Assembly (NCBI GenBank): GCA_002269645.1
Contig: NIVC01003355.1
Coordinates: forward strand, 1-64,000
Direction of reading: 5' to 3'
Origin: Macrostomum lignano
Lineage: Eukaryota
Length of the DNA stretch: 64,000 nt
Each line of letters starts with the position of its first letter. The stretch's first letter is position 1. Below, piece by piece: positions 36,596-50,815 of this stretch. The position numbers and the translations under genes are program-made. The notes under the pieces were generated by a model, which saw only the letters and a list, made by a program, of their open reading frames with translations, ran no database searches and was not told the DNA's origin.

Positions 36596-37292
36596 TTTTT
36601 CAGTGTGTTCGTACTGATAATTTTAATGATTTTGTATGTGGACACATCACTAGAAACATTTTAGTCAGTTTAGTAATTCGGTGCAATCCGATATGATGGT
36701 TAAGTTTCGACAAATTTGCAATTGTTTAGCAGCAGTAATAAAAAAATTAACATTTGCTTGTGTGCCTGTTGATACGGTTGGCTCTGTAAGTCTGAGAACT
36801 GGGTCCCGAGTTGGCGCTGTTCTGAAAACTGGAATTGTAAGCAATCTAAGAATAGAAGTGAAAGTTATGGGGCAATGCGTGCAGGCCTAGATACCAACTA
36901 TAACAATGCCGCAGTGTTTTGCCTCATTGCTTCAGCATAAATAACGCTATAATATGTATAATCCATTAGCCCTAGTGCTGAAGTGTCAACACAGTTTGGG
37001 TTGTGGGCAATTGTTAATCTGGCGGGCTTTCATTGGCTGGAATCTCGGGCAGAATTTCAAGTCGAGTCTGAGGCTGGGGCGGCCTGATATGCCCCGATTA
37101 TTTGGCTGATCCGCTGCGGCCCAGATACCGGAGTGGAAGTCTTGAACACGTGCGGCCGGTCTAATTTATTATCTGGATATTAGTTATTGACTTACTGGCC
37201 TTGCTGAGAGCTCAACTTGGAACCACATCTTTAACGATTTGGAGCAAATTGCTAATGCAGCTATGGGAGTGCCGCATTGCATAGTGATTGTC

Positions 37293-38166
<874 letters not shown>

Positions 38167-38561
38167 GCTGTAGATAGAAGTATATATAGAAGCCATACCT
38201 CTCCCATTCTCCACACGTAGCTAACCTATTGTTACAGGGAATTACAAGTTCTGCACACTAGGCCCATTCCTCTTTACTCCAATACCTGTCCAACATCTAT
38301 CTCCCCATGCATCCCTCAGTGATTTCTATTTCAGTGCGTACAAACGCGCAAGTTCGTTTGATAAGCTCTGCTTACATAAAGTCTTGCTTAGTCTGTAAGC
38401 TGGGTCACTGTAACTGAAGCTTTTTTAAGCTTACGCACAGATCGAGAGGGACCCCCATGCCCCAGGTAAGAGCAAAGACATTAATTTCGTCCAAAGCTTT
38501 GAAAGTTGATGTGTGCAATACATAATATATATGCAATATAATTAATTATTCCGCTTTTATG

Positions 38562-39080
38562 ACTTCACATTCCCCATCCCTCACATTCTCCATTCTTCAC
38601 ATTCTCCATCCTTCACATTCCCCATCTTTCACATTCCCCATCCTTCACATTCCCCATCCTTCACATTCCCCATCTTTTACGTTAACTATCTTTCACGTTC
38701 CCCATCACTCACATTCTCCATCCTTCACATTCCCCATCCTTCACATTCCCCATCTTTTACGTTAACTATGTTTCACGTTCCCCATCACTCACATTCCCCA
38801 TTCTTCATATTCTCCATCCTTCACATTCTCCATCACTCACATTCCCCTTCCTTCACAGTCCCCATCTTTCACATTCCCCATTTTTCACATTCCCCATCCT
38901 TCATATTCCCCATCCTTCACATTCCCCATCTTTTACGTTAACTATCTTTTACGTTCCCCATCACTCACATTCCCCTTCCTTCACATTCCCCTTCCTTCAC
39001 ATTCCCCTTCCTTCACATTCCCCTTCCTTCACAGTCCCCATCTTTCACATTCCCCATTTTTCACGTTCCCCATCCTTCAC
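38562..39080. repeat. Degenerate pyrimidine-rich minisatellite (TTCACATTCCCCATCC-like)
   Basis: Recurrent TCACATTCCCCAT core with variable unit length. Confidence 0.85.
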
Positions 39081-39503
39081 ATCACATGGCATTGAGTGAC
39101 TAGCTTTTAACTCGGGGATTCTGTTAGAGACCGTAAAAAACTGGTACAGAAATGTTCGGACGTCCGAATCAAGTATGCGGTTCTGGCGGCCAATCAAAAG
39201 GCGTGCCGCCTGCCAGCCATTGGTTCGACTTCAGAACGGCTCTGTTGGAATTACATGTGTGATTAAAGTTACACACACGCCAGCTAACTATATCAATCTC
39301 TCTCTCTCAGAAAAAATTCAACTGGAAACATTTAAAGAACTTTTTTATTCGCAATAAAATTAATTTATCTTTATAGCCATCGACAAACTTGACAATTTTC
39401 AAAACAGCTCAGACATCGAGGATTGGATTTCAAGTAAGTAAAAATAATTGGTTTTTGGCAAATTTTTATTTGGTTTTTGGCATCACATTTATGGCGCGTG
39501 CCG

Positions 39504-40022
<519 letters not shown>

Positions 40023-40479
40023 GTGCATCAGTACATGAATATCACACCTACCTTATCAACTGCCATCAAATTTCGAGCCCCCTAGTTGAAAAACTTTAGC
40101 GCGTGCATTTATATCGCTGCAAGCAGAAAAAAAATTGGTTAAAGCTTCCTTTGCGCGTGTCGAAGAGTTCGGCAGTTCTTAAAAGCGCCGCTGGAACACC
40201 GCTCGCGTCTGTTCCTCTGAAATTTGCTACAATATATTGTTTAGTTGAACTTCGATTCATTCCCAGGAGAGCAGAAGTAGGGTGCGGGCAAGTCTGCTTC
40301 AGCGAGACAGTTAAAATTGAAAACCCACTCTGCAGCTCTGCGCTTGGCTTCTTATTCAGTTCAAATTCAAACCGAAATTCAAGTTTGCACCGAAGAAAAT
40401 GGCTCAGTGATTAATGACTGTTTCGGCCGGAGCTGGTTGGATTGAGCTCTAATTGGTGAAGAAAGTTCAGATAAAACCT

Positions 40480-41890
40480 CACTCTCAGCCTCACTATCAC
40501 TCTCATTTTCACTCTCATTTTCACTCATTTTTACTCTCACTCACTCTCATTTTCATTATCACTCTCATTTTCATTCTCATTTTCACTCTCATTCTCACTC
40601 TCATTCTCACTCTCATTATCACTCACATTTTCATTCTCACTCTCATTATCACTCTCATTCTCATTCTCACTCTCATTCTCACTCTCATTCTTAATCTCAT
40701 TTTCACTCTCATTTTCACTCTCATTCTCACTCTTATTCTCATTCTCCTTCCCATTTTCATTGTCATTCTCATTCTTACTCTCATTCTCTCTCTCATTCTC
40801 ACTCTCATTCTCACTCTCACTCTCACTCTCATTCTTAATCTCATTTTCACTCTCATTTTCACTCTCATTCTCACTCTTATTCTCATTCTTACTCTCATTT
40901 TCACTCTCATTTTCACTCTCATTCTCCTTCCCATTTTCATTGTCATTGTCATTCTCACTCTCATTCTCACTCTCATTCTCACTCTCATTCTCACTCTCAC
41001 TCTCACTCTCATTCTTAATCTCATTTTCACTCTCATTTTCGCTCTCATTATCACACTCATTCTTATTTTCACTCTCATTCTCACTCTCACTCTCATTGTC
41101 ACTCTCATTCTCACTCTCACTCTCATTCTCACTCTCATTTTCACTCTCATTCTCATTCTCACTCTCATTGTCACTCTCATTCTCACTCTCACTCTCATTC
41201 TCACTCTCATTTTCACTCTCATTCTCACTCTCACTCTCATTCTCACTCTCATTTTCACTCTCATTCTCATTCTCACTCTCATTGTCACTCTCATTCTCAC
41301 TCTCACTCTCATTCTCACTCTCATTCTCATTCTCACTCTCATTTTCACTCTCATTCTCATTCTCACTCTCATTGTCACTCTCATTCTCACTCTCACTCTC
41401 ATTCTCACTCTCATTTTCACTCTCATTCTCATTCTCACTCTCATTTTCACTCTCATTCTCATTCTCACTCTCATTTTCACTCTCATTCTCATTCTCACTC
41501 TCATTCTCACTCTCATTCTCATTCTCACTCTCATTTTCACTCTCATTCTCATTCTCACTCTCATTGTCACTCTCATTCTCACTCTCACTCTCATTTTCAC
41601 TCTCATTCTCATTCTCACTCTCATTGTCACTCTCATTCTCACTCTCACTCTCATTCTCACTCTCATTTTCACTCTCATTCTCATTCTCACTCTCATTGTC
41701 ACTCTCATTCTCACTCTCACTCTCATTCTCACTCTCACTCTCACTCTCATTTTCACTTCCATTCTAACTCTTACTCTCATTTTCATTTTCACTCTTATTT
41801 TCACTCTCATTCTCATTTTCACTCTCATTTTCACTCTCATTCTCATTCTCACTCTCATTTTCACTCTCATTCTCATTCTCACTCTCATCA
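40480..41890. repeat. Hexamer-family satellite (CTCATT/CTCACT/TTCACT)n, ~1.4 kb
   Basis: Seen directly; source of the 482-aa LILT and 422-aa MRVR pseudo-ORFs. Confidence 0.97.
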
Positions 41891-42454
41891 TTATTATCTA
41901 GATAGAAATTTGGTTCGAAACAATTCTTAGAAAGATGTCTTCGTCTGCTATCTGACCACCCAGGCAGGTTTTGTATAAAATAATTTTTCTTTTAGCTAAA
42001 CACTCCAAATTTGGCTGACCAAAATGTGCCAACCCAACAAATCTTAAGCTTTATGAAAGCTACACGCCAGATGATGGCCTTTTAGTGCGCCTGTAAATAA
42101 GACATATTTACACTATTTTTACACATTTTTACGTTTGTATCTCTACCGCATGCTTAGAAATTGCTTCTAGACATCTTCAACAACATTTTAAGTGGCTGGT
42201 ATCGTATCGAAATATGATACTTTGGCTCCATTCAAATAAGACTGATTTGTTTTTTTTTTCAGTCTGTTTGAGTCAGAATTTTGCTGTGAACTCAATATCG
42301 ATCTTCAACTGAAACAGATCAAGAACTTCGATGCCAATGGATGAGTGAGAGTGACGGAGTGTGACGGAGTGTGACCGTGAATCTGTAGTATAGAATAATA
42401 GGACAGCATTTAAACTATTTTTCACTGCCATCTGTCATCTGACAGACAGCCTGA

Positions 42455-42455
42455 A

Positions 42456-42487
<32 letters not shown>

Positions 42488-42617
42488 CCAGACAGACAGC
42501 CAGGCAGACAGACAGACAGGCAGACGACAGACGCACAGACAGACAGACAGACAGACAGACAGCCAGACAGCCAGACAGACAGCCAGGCAGACAGACAGAC
42601 AGGCAGACGACAGACGC

Positions 42618-42692
<75 letters not shown>

Positions 42693-42695
42693 GGC

Positions 42696-42756
<61 letters not shown>

Positions 42757-42772
42757 GGCAGACGACAGACGC

Positions 42773-42847
<75 letters not shown>

Positions 42848-42850
42848 GGC

Positions 42851-42921
<71 letters not shown>
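42455..42921. repeat. (GACA)n microsatellite
   Basis: Seen directly; opposite orientation to the 39.5-kb tract. Confidence 0.97.
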
Positions 42922-43737
42922 TAACAAACAAATCAAAGAGTCTGTTTTTGCTTTACAAAATCTGTCAGGAAGTACAGTTACGAGTAAAGCAGAACGAAAT
43001 GACAATTCCTAATGTCAAATATTAACATCTCATCACAGAATGGCGGATATTCTGTGTATTCCCCATTTTCCCCTTGCCCACCCAGCATCCGCCGATGCAG
43101 CATGGCAGGGTAGGGGTAAACTGTTCAATAAAATTCTTTCACAGAATAAAGATCCGCTGGCAGGCAGAGCAGTGCGGAGAAGTTCTGCTACATTGAAGCT
43201 TCACAAGCGCCCCCCCTGTCAGAAATCTGGTTCAAAGTATGAAAGAAAAAGAGATCGAAATACTACTACTAAGCTATATTCGCGCGCGCAAGACCCGCTG
43301 AAGGCTCTGCTTTATGCAACTAGATTATGCTACGGGAAACCCATACTTAGTCGGCAAAGCCCCAATCGTACATGCAAAAAATAAACAATGCGGGGTTAGC
43401 ATTGTCAAGAAAAAAAAACATTTTTTCTTGGCGTATAGCTACGCCCACAATGAATGAATGCAGGCTACACATGTGCAAGTGTATATGAGATAAAAAACTG
43501 CTCTTTAAAAACCTCTTTGAATTCGCCGGCAGCATACTAATAGTTATTTTTTATAGTTTCTGGTACTCATGCACTCTTGTAGAAGTCAGACTTTTCGGTG
43601 GAATCCAGTTGTCATGACTAGGCAATGTAAGGAATGGAATTGAAATCGATGCTTGCTGATAGTTGAGTGCTATTTGAGCGATTTTTTGTTTAATCAAACT
43701 GTGTTTGTCTGTTCCTCTCTCTCTATATACCCCTTCC

Positions 43738-43992
43738 TTAATTAATTTAATAATTGATTACACCTGCCCTAATGGGCAGATGTGCAACCGACAGCTCAGC
43801 CGCAGCTATTGCGCGGCGCATCTGAAGAAGCCACACACACACACACACCCTCAATTACCCCAGCTAATGCTGGCACCCATTTTACAGCTGGGTGAACTGA
43901 AGCAATGCAGAGTTAAGTGTCTTGCTCAAGGACACAAATTGTTCCGAATGGCATCGGGAATCGAACCCCCGACGCTCTAACCACTAGGCTAC
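43738..43992 (-). mobile_element. tRNA-derived CORE-SINE, copy 2
   Basis: Shares CAGCTCAGCCGCAGCTATTGCGCGGCGCAT, CCATTTTACAGCTGGGTGAACTGAAGCAATGCAGAGTTAAGTG and GACGCTCTAACCACTAGGCTAC with copy 1; has internal deletions. Confidence 0.85.
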
Positions 43993-44002
43993 CACCATCC
44001 AC

Positions 44003-44345
44003 CAACCCCTCCTTAGCTCTCTCTTACCCCCCCCCCAAAACCCTCCTTAGCTCTCTCTACCCTCCACAACCCCTCCTTAGCTCTCTCTACCCTCCACAAC
44101 CCCTCCTTAGCTCTCTCTACCCTCCACAAACCCCTCCTTAGCTCTCTCTACCCTCCACAACCCCTCCTTAGCTCTCTCTACCCTCCACAACCCCTCCTTA
44201 GCTCTCTCTACCCTCCAAAACCCCTCCTTAGCTCTCTCTACCCTCCACAACCCCTCCTTAGCTCCCTCACCCTCCAGCAACCCCTCCTTAGCTCTCTCTA
44301 CCCTCCACAAACCCTCCTTAGCTCTCTCTACCCTCCACCAACTCC
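44003..44345. repeat. ~29-bp minisatellite (CCCTCCTTAGCTCTCTCTACCCTCCACAA)n
   Basis: ~11 units immediately after the SINE. Confidence 0.9.
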
Positions 44346-44861
44346 TACTCTACCCTTTCCTTAACTCTCCTATTGATCCTGTTTGTTTGTCAACCTTCTC
44401 AGATTTTGCAACCACATAACCTGCTAGGGCAAAAAATAAGTGAGAGCAAGTTCAGTTTTCGTTACTACATATATTGTATACCGTAGAAGTCTATTTGTAA
44501 ATAAGCATTGTAGCAAGGTACAATTGTTGTTCTACAGCTTTGCAGCCTAAATGTATCCATATTTAATTGTTAGCTATATAAAAATATAGCGATATATTAT
44601 TATTAGAACGTGTGAGAAACTGAAAGTGGAGAAGAAGGTGCACACTGTGGCTTAAGGTTCTGTATATTGCATGCATATCTAGCCATTTTGCTGTTGGATA
44701 CTGTGCGATGATGGATAGGACTCTGGGGCCTGATGATAGCCTGTTGCGCTGATTTTGTACAGAGAATTTCAGTTCGGATTATTGCTGATTTTTTCAGGCC
44801 CATAATAATTATTCTCATATGTAGTCAGAGCTCTGATTGTAAGTTTCATATTGCACCGAGA

Positions 44862-45630
44862 GGGAGGACAGGGGCGGAATGAAGGAGGACAGGGGCGGAA
44901 TGAAAAAATACAGTGGCGGATTAAAGGAGAACAGTGGCGGATTAAAGGAGAACAGGGGCGGAATAAAGGAGAACAGGGGCGTAATAAAGGAGGACAGGGG
45001 CGGAATAAAGGAGGACAGGGGCGGAATGAAGGAGAACAGGGGCGGAATGAAAAAATACAGGAGCAGAATGAAGTAGGATAGGGGCGGAATGAAGTAAGAA
45101 GGGGCGGAATGAAAGAGGATAAAGGCGGAATGAAGTAGCACAAGGGCGGAATAAAGGAGGACAGGGGCGGAATGAAGAGGACAGGGGCGGAATGAAGTAG
45201 CACAAGGGTGGAATAAAGGAGGACAGGGGCGGAATGAAAGAGGATAGGGGCGGAATGAAGTAGCACAGGGGCGGAATGAAGTAGGAAAAGGGAGGAATGA
45301 AAGAGGACAGGGCGGAATGAAGTAGGATAAGGGCGGAATGAAGTAGCACAAGGGCGGAATAAAGGAGGACAGGGGCGGAATGAAGAGGACAGGGGCGGAA
45401 TGAAGTAGCACAAGGGTGGAATAAAGGAGGACAGGGGCGGAATGAAAGAGGATAGGGGCGGAATGAAGTAGCACAGGGGCGGAATGAAGTAGGAAAAGGG
45501 AGGAATGAAAGAGGACAGGGCGGAATGAAGTAGGATAAGGGCGGAATGAAGGAAGACAGGGGCGGAATGAAGTAGGATAAGGGCGGAATGAAGTAGGACA
45601 GGGGCGGAATGAAAGAAGACAGGGCGGAAA
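44862..45630. repeat. 20-22-bp minisatellite (GGGGCGGAATGAAGTAGGACA-like)
   Basis: Recurrent GGGCGGAAT core, ~35 units. Confidence 0.9.
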
Positions 45631-45901
45631 GCGAATGACATGGCTGACACATTATCTCACACAAAAAAGCTCATAAAAGTTCTCACAATACAAGCCAAAA
45701 GGATAAAATACATAATTTAACCAATTATAACTGTCTTTCAATTTTCAGACTGTCAAGGGCTAACATCTCAGATCCCAGTGAAGAATGACGATGCGGTCGG
45801 GTTAGAAAGACTTCGCAATGTCAAAGCATTGAGTGATCCAGAAAACATCAACTTCGTTTTCCGTTGAGAGTTTCTAAGAAATCGCTTTACTTTTTCAAAC
45901 T

Positions 45902-48032
45902 ATGGAGGATTCAGACAGCAAAAGCAAGCAGTCAGCCAAAGAGTGCCGCAAGAGGAAGAAGCTGAGATACCAGACTCTCGAAGCAATCGCTCAACGAGAG
46001 GAGGCGGCCATAGCCGTGCTCTATCAGGAACTGGAGCAGGTGAGGAATTCTACTGACGGAAAATCTCTATTTTTTACTTCCAGTAGTAAAAGCTGACGAG
46101 AATAAACCGTTCACACAAAAAGTGCATTGAAAACACATTGGAAAATCTATGTCGCTTTGCATTAAACTTTTTCCTGTCGCAAATTTTCATTATTAAACTC
46201 GATAGACTGCTGAGAACACCTCAGATCAAGCAGCTTACATGTAATCACTTCAAATTGTCCTTAGGAATTCTGGAAGGCGAGCATTTTATTAAGTAGTTCC
46301 GACAAAAGAGTGCTAATGAAATGTTTCTTTTTATAGGGGATTTAGCACCAGGGGCTTTAGCACCAGGGGCTTTAGCACCAGGGGCTTTAGCACCAGGGGA
46401 TTTAGCACCAGGGGCTTTAGCACCAGGGGCTTTAGCACCAGGGGCTTTAGCACCAGGGGCTTTAGCACCAGGGGCTTTAGCACCAGGGGCTTTAGCACCA
46501 GGGGCCTTAGCACCAGGGGCTTTAGCACCAGGGGCTTTAGCACCAGGGGCTTTAGCACCAGGGGCTTTAGCACCAGGGGCTTTAGCACCAGGGGCTTTAG
46601 CACCAGGGGCTTTAGCACCAGGGGCTTTAGCACCAGGGGCTTTAGCACCAGGGGCTTTAGCACCAGGGGCTTTAGCACCAGGGGCTTTAGCACCAGGGGC
46701 TTTAGCACCAGGGGCTTTAGCACCAGGGGCTTTAGCACCAGGGGCTTTAGCACCAGGGGCTTTAGCACCAGGGGCTTTAGCACCAGGGGCTTTAGCCACT
46801 AGGGGCGCCAATGCACTGAGTTGCTGGGCAAAAAACAGGCATAAATGCCACTTTAAGCACACATTAACCCCCCCACCCTGCACCAGATGAAGTTGCTATT
46901 CGAGCAGCTGGATCGCGGCGAAGTCACACTGGCCGAAGCTCGTCTCCGAGTGACGCACCTGCGCAGAAAGGCCCCACCAGGCGCCAAATCATTTGTGGCG
47001 CCGTTGGATTCGGAGGCGGCGCAGCCGTCGAAGAAACCGCAAGCGCCGCCGAGGCAGTGTCGGCCGGCATCGAAACGCCGCCGATATCTGAACGCGCCAA
47101 TCCGTCAGGATGTGTCAGTTGAAGGTCATCAGTCCGGTGTTGATTGTACATCTTCTACTGCTGATGATGGGGCATTTGCCGGCTTTCAGCAGCCAGTGAT
47201 CTTGGCAGATGCAACTGCGGAACAGATTTACCATGCAACAGATCAGCTGATTCCCACTGGAAGGTATGAGAGTACTCGTAATTCATAGAATTGAGTTTAA
47301 TTGGCACGATAATTGGCTCAGGGGGTTGTTAGTGCGATTGACAGCCATGAGGACCAACTCCCAAGGCACAGAGAGTGTACATGGCTGGCCTGACGATTCG
47401 AAAGTCAAAAAACCGCTATAAGTATAGTATAGTATAAGCCGTCAGCTCTGGTTGTCGCCGAGAAATCAGATGCACTGATTTTATTATTGCATACTTCTAT
47501 TTCCATTGTTTTCCTCCAATCCGCATGTAAATTATAACCGCTACATTTCGCAACAAAAATACGGCTTTACAGGTGCTCTGCAGGTGCTGCGCAGGAATGT
47601 GAGCAGCAACTACAATTGGACCAGGCTCAACTACATTCAGGCTCAGATTGCATTAGCAGAAGTAGCTTAGTGTCTGACTGCAAAACCTATCAGCATCTGT
47701 ACCACGACACGTCATTTCATTGGTACTCGGACTCTCACTATCACCATCAGGCTCAGGAGCCGCCAATGGCGTACTCACAAACTACATGTACTCTGTACCA
47801 GCACCAGCTTCAGTACCCACAGCAGCAGCAGCAGCAGCAGCAGCAGCATCCGCCGGAGTTCAACTACCATCAACACGACCAACAGTTCTGGTACGACGAG
47901 GCTGCGACAATGCAGTTCCAACAACAATTTCAGCCACATCCGGGTTCAACCGCGGTCGAACTGCATCAACTCCAGTGTAGCAGTGTCGCGGAAACACTTG
48001 GCTATATTAACAACCAGGCTTCGATAGCGTAG
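45902..48032 (+). CDS. CREBL2: CREBL2/REPTOR-BP-like bZIP protein with long low-complexity/polyQ tail; 3 exons, ~324 aa
   Basis: Exons 45902-46039 (138), 46887-47263 (377), 47573-48032 (460), phases 0 and 2. SKQSAKECRKRKKLRYQTLE...EAAIAVLYQELEQ|MKLLFEQLDRGEV aligns with CREBL2 SRQSARECRARKKLRYQYLE...ERAICALREELEMYKQWCMAMDQGKI. Confidence 0.75.
46338..46796. repeat. 15-bp intronic minisatellite (TTAGCACCAGGGGCT)n, ~30 copies
   Basis: Period 15, in intron 46040-46886. Confidence 0.95.
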
Positions 48033-48999
48033 TAGTAGAGCTGGCGTAAAAATTACCTATCATTGTTTTTAGCGAATGCATATATAAAATTTAGTTTTTG
48101 ATAAACATGTAGCATCATAATGGCATGTTCTGCAAACGTTTTCATGGAATTTCCTTGGAAAATCCATGGATAAAAACTGCAGTGTGAATTTAACTGTGTA
48201 TAAAGTTAGGAAGACTGAATCTGATTACGAAAATTCCTTACAAATAGTTACTCATAGAGGCTATTCGCAAGGTAGTCCCTCTCCTTGCTTTTATTAATTT
48301 AGAAGTGCTTTCGGTAAAACAAAAATTAATTAAAATTTAAATCCTCGACGTAGCCTGTTTGTTTAGGTGAGTTTTTTTAAACGTCGGAAATCTCTATCTT
48401 TTGCTAAAATGACTAAAAAAAGTCTAAATTACTTATCTAAATTATCCGGCTTCTTGGCTACTGTACAAATATCCACTACGAGCGTATCTGGCTTTTACTA
48501 CGAGATGCTTAAAATAAATTGTGGCCTTTTAAAAAATTGCATGAATAAACGGCTTCCATATTTGTAGGAGCGAATGTACATGAACCCCCTATATTCGCAA
48601 CTATTTCTTTTTCTGTTACGCAATGTCATGTACTATGTATTTGCACTTTTGTATCAATTGTAATAAATGACTCCAGAACTACGAGTATCTACATGCCGGC
48701 CGATATCAATTGAAAATGTAGCTAAAATTTTGTAGCTATATATATATATAAATATATACTTTGTTAATTAAATGTCATGTATGAAAATTATCTATATTAT
48801 CCAAGTAAAGAAGTATGCAATGTAATCATCTGAATTTTGATATAGCTGTAATTATATATTTTAACAGCAATAAATTTCATTGAATTAAATAGTACAGATG
48901 GTTTTGAATAAAAATTCGTGAGACGTTCTGTTTTACATTTTCTTCAGATTTCTACACTTATTTTTCAGTATTTTTTAGATACTACTATGGGGCTTGTAG

Positions 49000-49306
49000 C
49001 CCTCACGACTTGAAGGTCGGGGTTTCGATTCCCGATCCCACTCGGAAAAATGTGTGCCCTTGAGCAAGACAATTAACTCTGCATTGCTTCAGTTCACCCA
49101 GCTGTAAAATGGGTGCCAGCATTAGCTGGGGTAATTGAGACTGTGTGTGGCGACCCCCCAGTCCCTGGACTTGGACTGAACAGCCGTACGCAGCCTTCAG
49201 ATGCACCGCGCAAATATAGCTGCGGCTGAGCTGTCGGTTGCACATCTGCCCAATTAGGTGGAGGCGTAATCTACTACTACTATTACTATTATTATTATTA
49301 TTATTA
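49000..49306 (+). mobile_element. tRNA-derived CORE-SINE, copy 3 (5' A box missing)
   Basis: B-box-like GGTTTCGATTCCC, core TGTGTGCCCTTGAGCAAGACAATTAACTCTGCATTGCTTCAGTTCACCCAGCTGTAAAATGGG, and (TAC)/(TAT)n tail. Confidence 0.85.
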
Positions 49307-49730
49307 TAGTATATTATAACCAAGTCAACGCGGGAGCACGGGAATTTCCCGCGGGGGTTTTCATTCGGAATTTCGACTGGAAAAACGGAAGAACAAAGAA
49401 CGGGACAGCGGGAGCCTCAGCAGAAAGCATTCGAGAAGTTCAAGCGTCTTTTGCTCGAGTCCCCGGTGATGTGGCTCGAAGGCTCGGTACAAAGGGTGCC
49501 CCACAGAGATCCGGGTTCGCTTACTGACTCTGGCTACGGTCGATTCCAACGAACTGCATACGACGCTGAGTCGGTAGGGACTAGGCGGATCGAGCGTACG
49601 ACGCACGACGGCTCCCAACAAGCGTACTACGCACACTGGTGGAGGTGGGGATTGGCGTATCCGACGCTTCAACCGCCTCTAGAGGGTGCCTAGGGCTAGC
49701 CCAAACAAAGGACAAACGCAGAGTCGAAGG

Positions 49731-50815
49731 CCGCTACCAGTTTTGAGGTCACGGTACGACGAGCGGCTTAGACCGAGCCGGATCACCGCGGATCGGTGAT
49801 ATTAGATTGGATTTTATTTGAAGATCGTAGTAGACAACAAGTACACAATAGACCGTGCAGCGCGCACATCAATACCGTATAGGCTTTTATGAGTGCTGGG
49901 GCCGTAGCAGGGGACGTGCTCCCGTAGGGGACGGCGGCGGTGTCGGGTGAAAGGACGAGCGGCCGGCGAGGCCCTGCCCTCCTCAATTCCTCTGGGTTGG
50001 CTGGGTTGGAGGGTAATAGTGGATCGGGAAGGGCTGTGGGTAGCTGTATAGGAAGGCAGGCCTATACCTGTACCAAGGTGCTCTGACGGTATCCCTCAGG
50101 CGCCCTCTGAGCGTACAGCCAGCGACCCTATTAAAGCTGGAGTGTGCCAGAACCAGGACTGAGTCTGAGCAGGACGGGACCGTTGGCACGGTCACAATAG
50201 AAATGGCGGGTTGGCGAAGCAAAGGGTGAAACAGTCCCGGCGATTAGCCCTCCTGCCGCTTCAAAGATAAGAGACTGTCTGTTGGCAAGAGTACCCGGGG
50301 TCTAGTTGGGGGGGAGGCTCCTTCGGGTTGCCACGGCCTTGGGGGGCGGTCAATTGACCGGTTTTATTTGGCTTTTCTAACCCAGGAGTAGGCACGGGCT
50401 TCCCTGATTGGTTCTCTCAACCCCCACGGGCCTCGGGGAGGTTTATGATTTGTTCCCGGGGGTAGAGGGGCGGTCGGCCCCAGCATGGTTGCCACGGCTC
50501 TAGGCCTTCGGGCCATCTCTAATAGGCTATGGGGCCTTCTAACCTGGTTTTTGGGCACGGGCTCCTGACTGGTTCGTCGAACCGCTACTGTCCCCCGGGG
50601 GAGGTTTGGTTTTTCTGATACTGCCCTGTACAGTCCTCTATAGTCTAATTTGGCTTTTAGTGTACATTAGTACACTCCCAATCTGGAACTTATTTATCTC
50701 TAGTGGCGTAAGAGCCTTTTTACTTAGGCTGAGGCGCCGGAAGCACTTATCATAGTCATAGTCATAGGCCCTGCCCTCCTCAATTCCTCAACCAGCTATG
50801 AAAAGGGGGACAACA
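49731..50815 (-). mobile_element. Possible LTR plus primer-binding site fragment in antisense orientation
   Basis: Minus strand starts TGTTG at 50815. After removing the 797-bp insert, ~275 nt remain, containing CATAAAA and AATAAA and ending CA at ~49744, followed by TGGTAGCGG (PBS-like). Confidence 0.35.
49993..50765 (+). mobile_element. Non-coding retroposon (SINE-like or truncated LINE) with 24-bp TSD and (CATAGT)n tail
   Basis: AGGCCCTGCCCTCCTCAATTCCTC is duplicated exactly at 49969-49992 and 50766-50789; the insert ends CATAGTCATAGTCAT. Confidence 0.8.

Noticed and set aside
40453-41901. Long ORFs over simple repeats (482-aa LILT, 422-aa MRVR, and the SIYL, VCLS, APGAK, MPLSLHSD ORFs elsewhere)
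   Set aside because: They arise from stop-free repeat units that are open in several frames and on both strands; no coding evidence.
46795-46815. CTCF-like motif CCACTAGGGGCGCC and the similar 15-bp array units
   Set aside because: One base short of the CTCF core spacing, and CTCF is reported lost in flatworms; the resemblance is probably coincidental.
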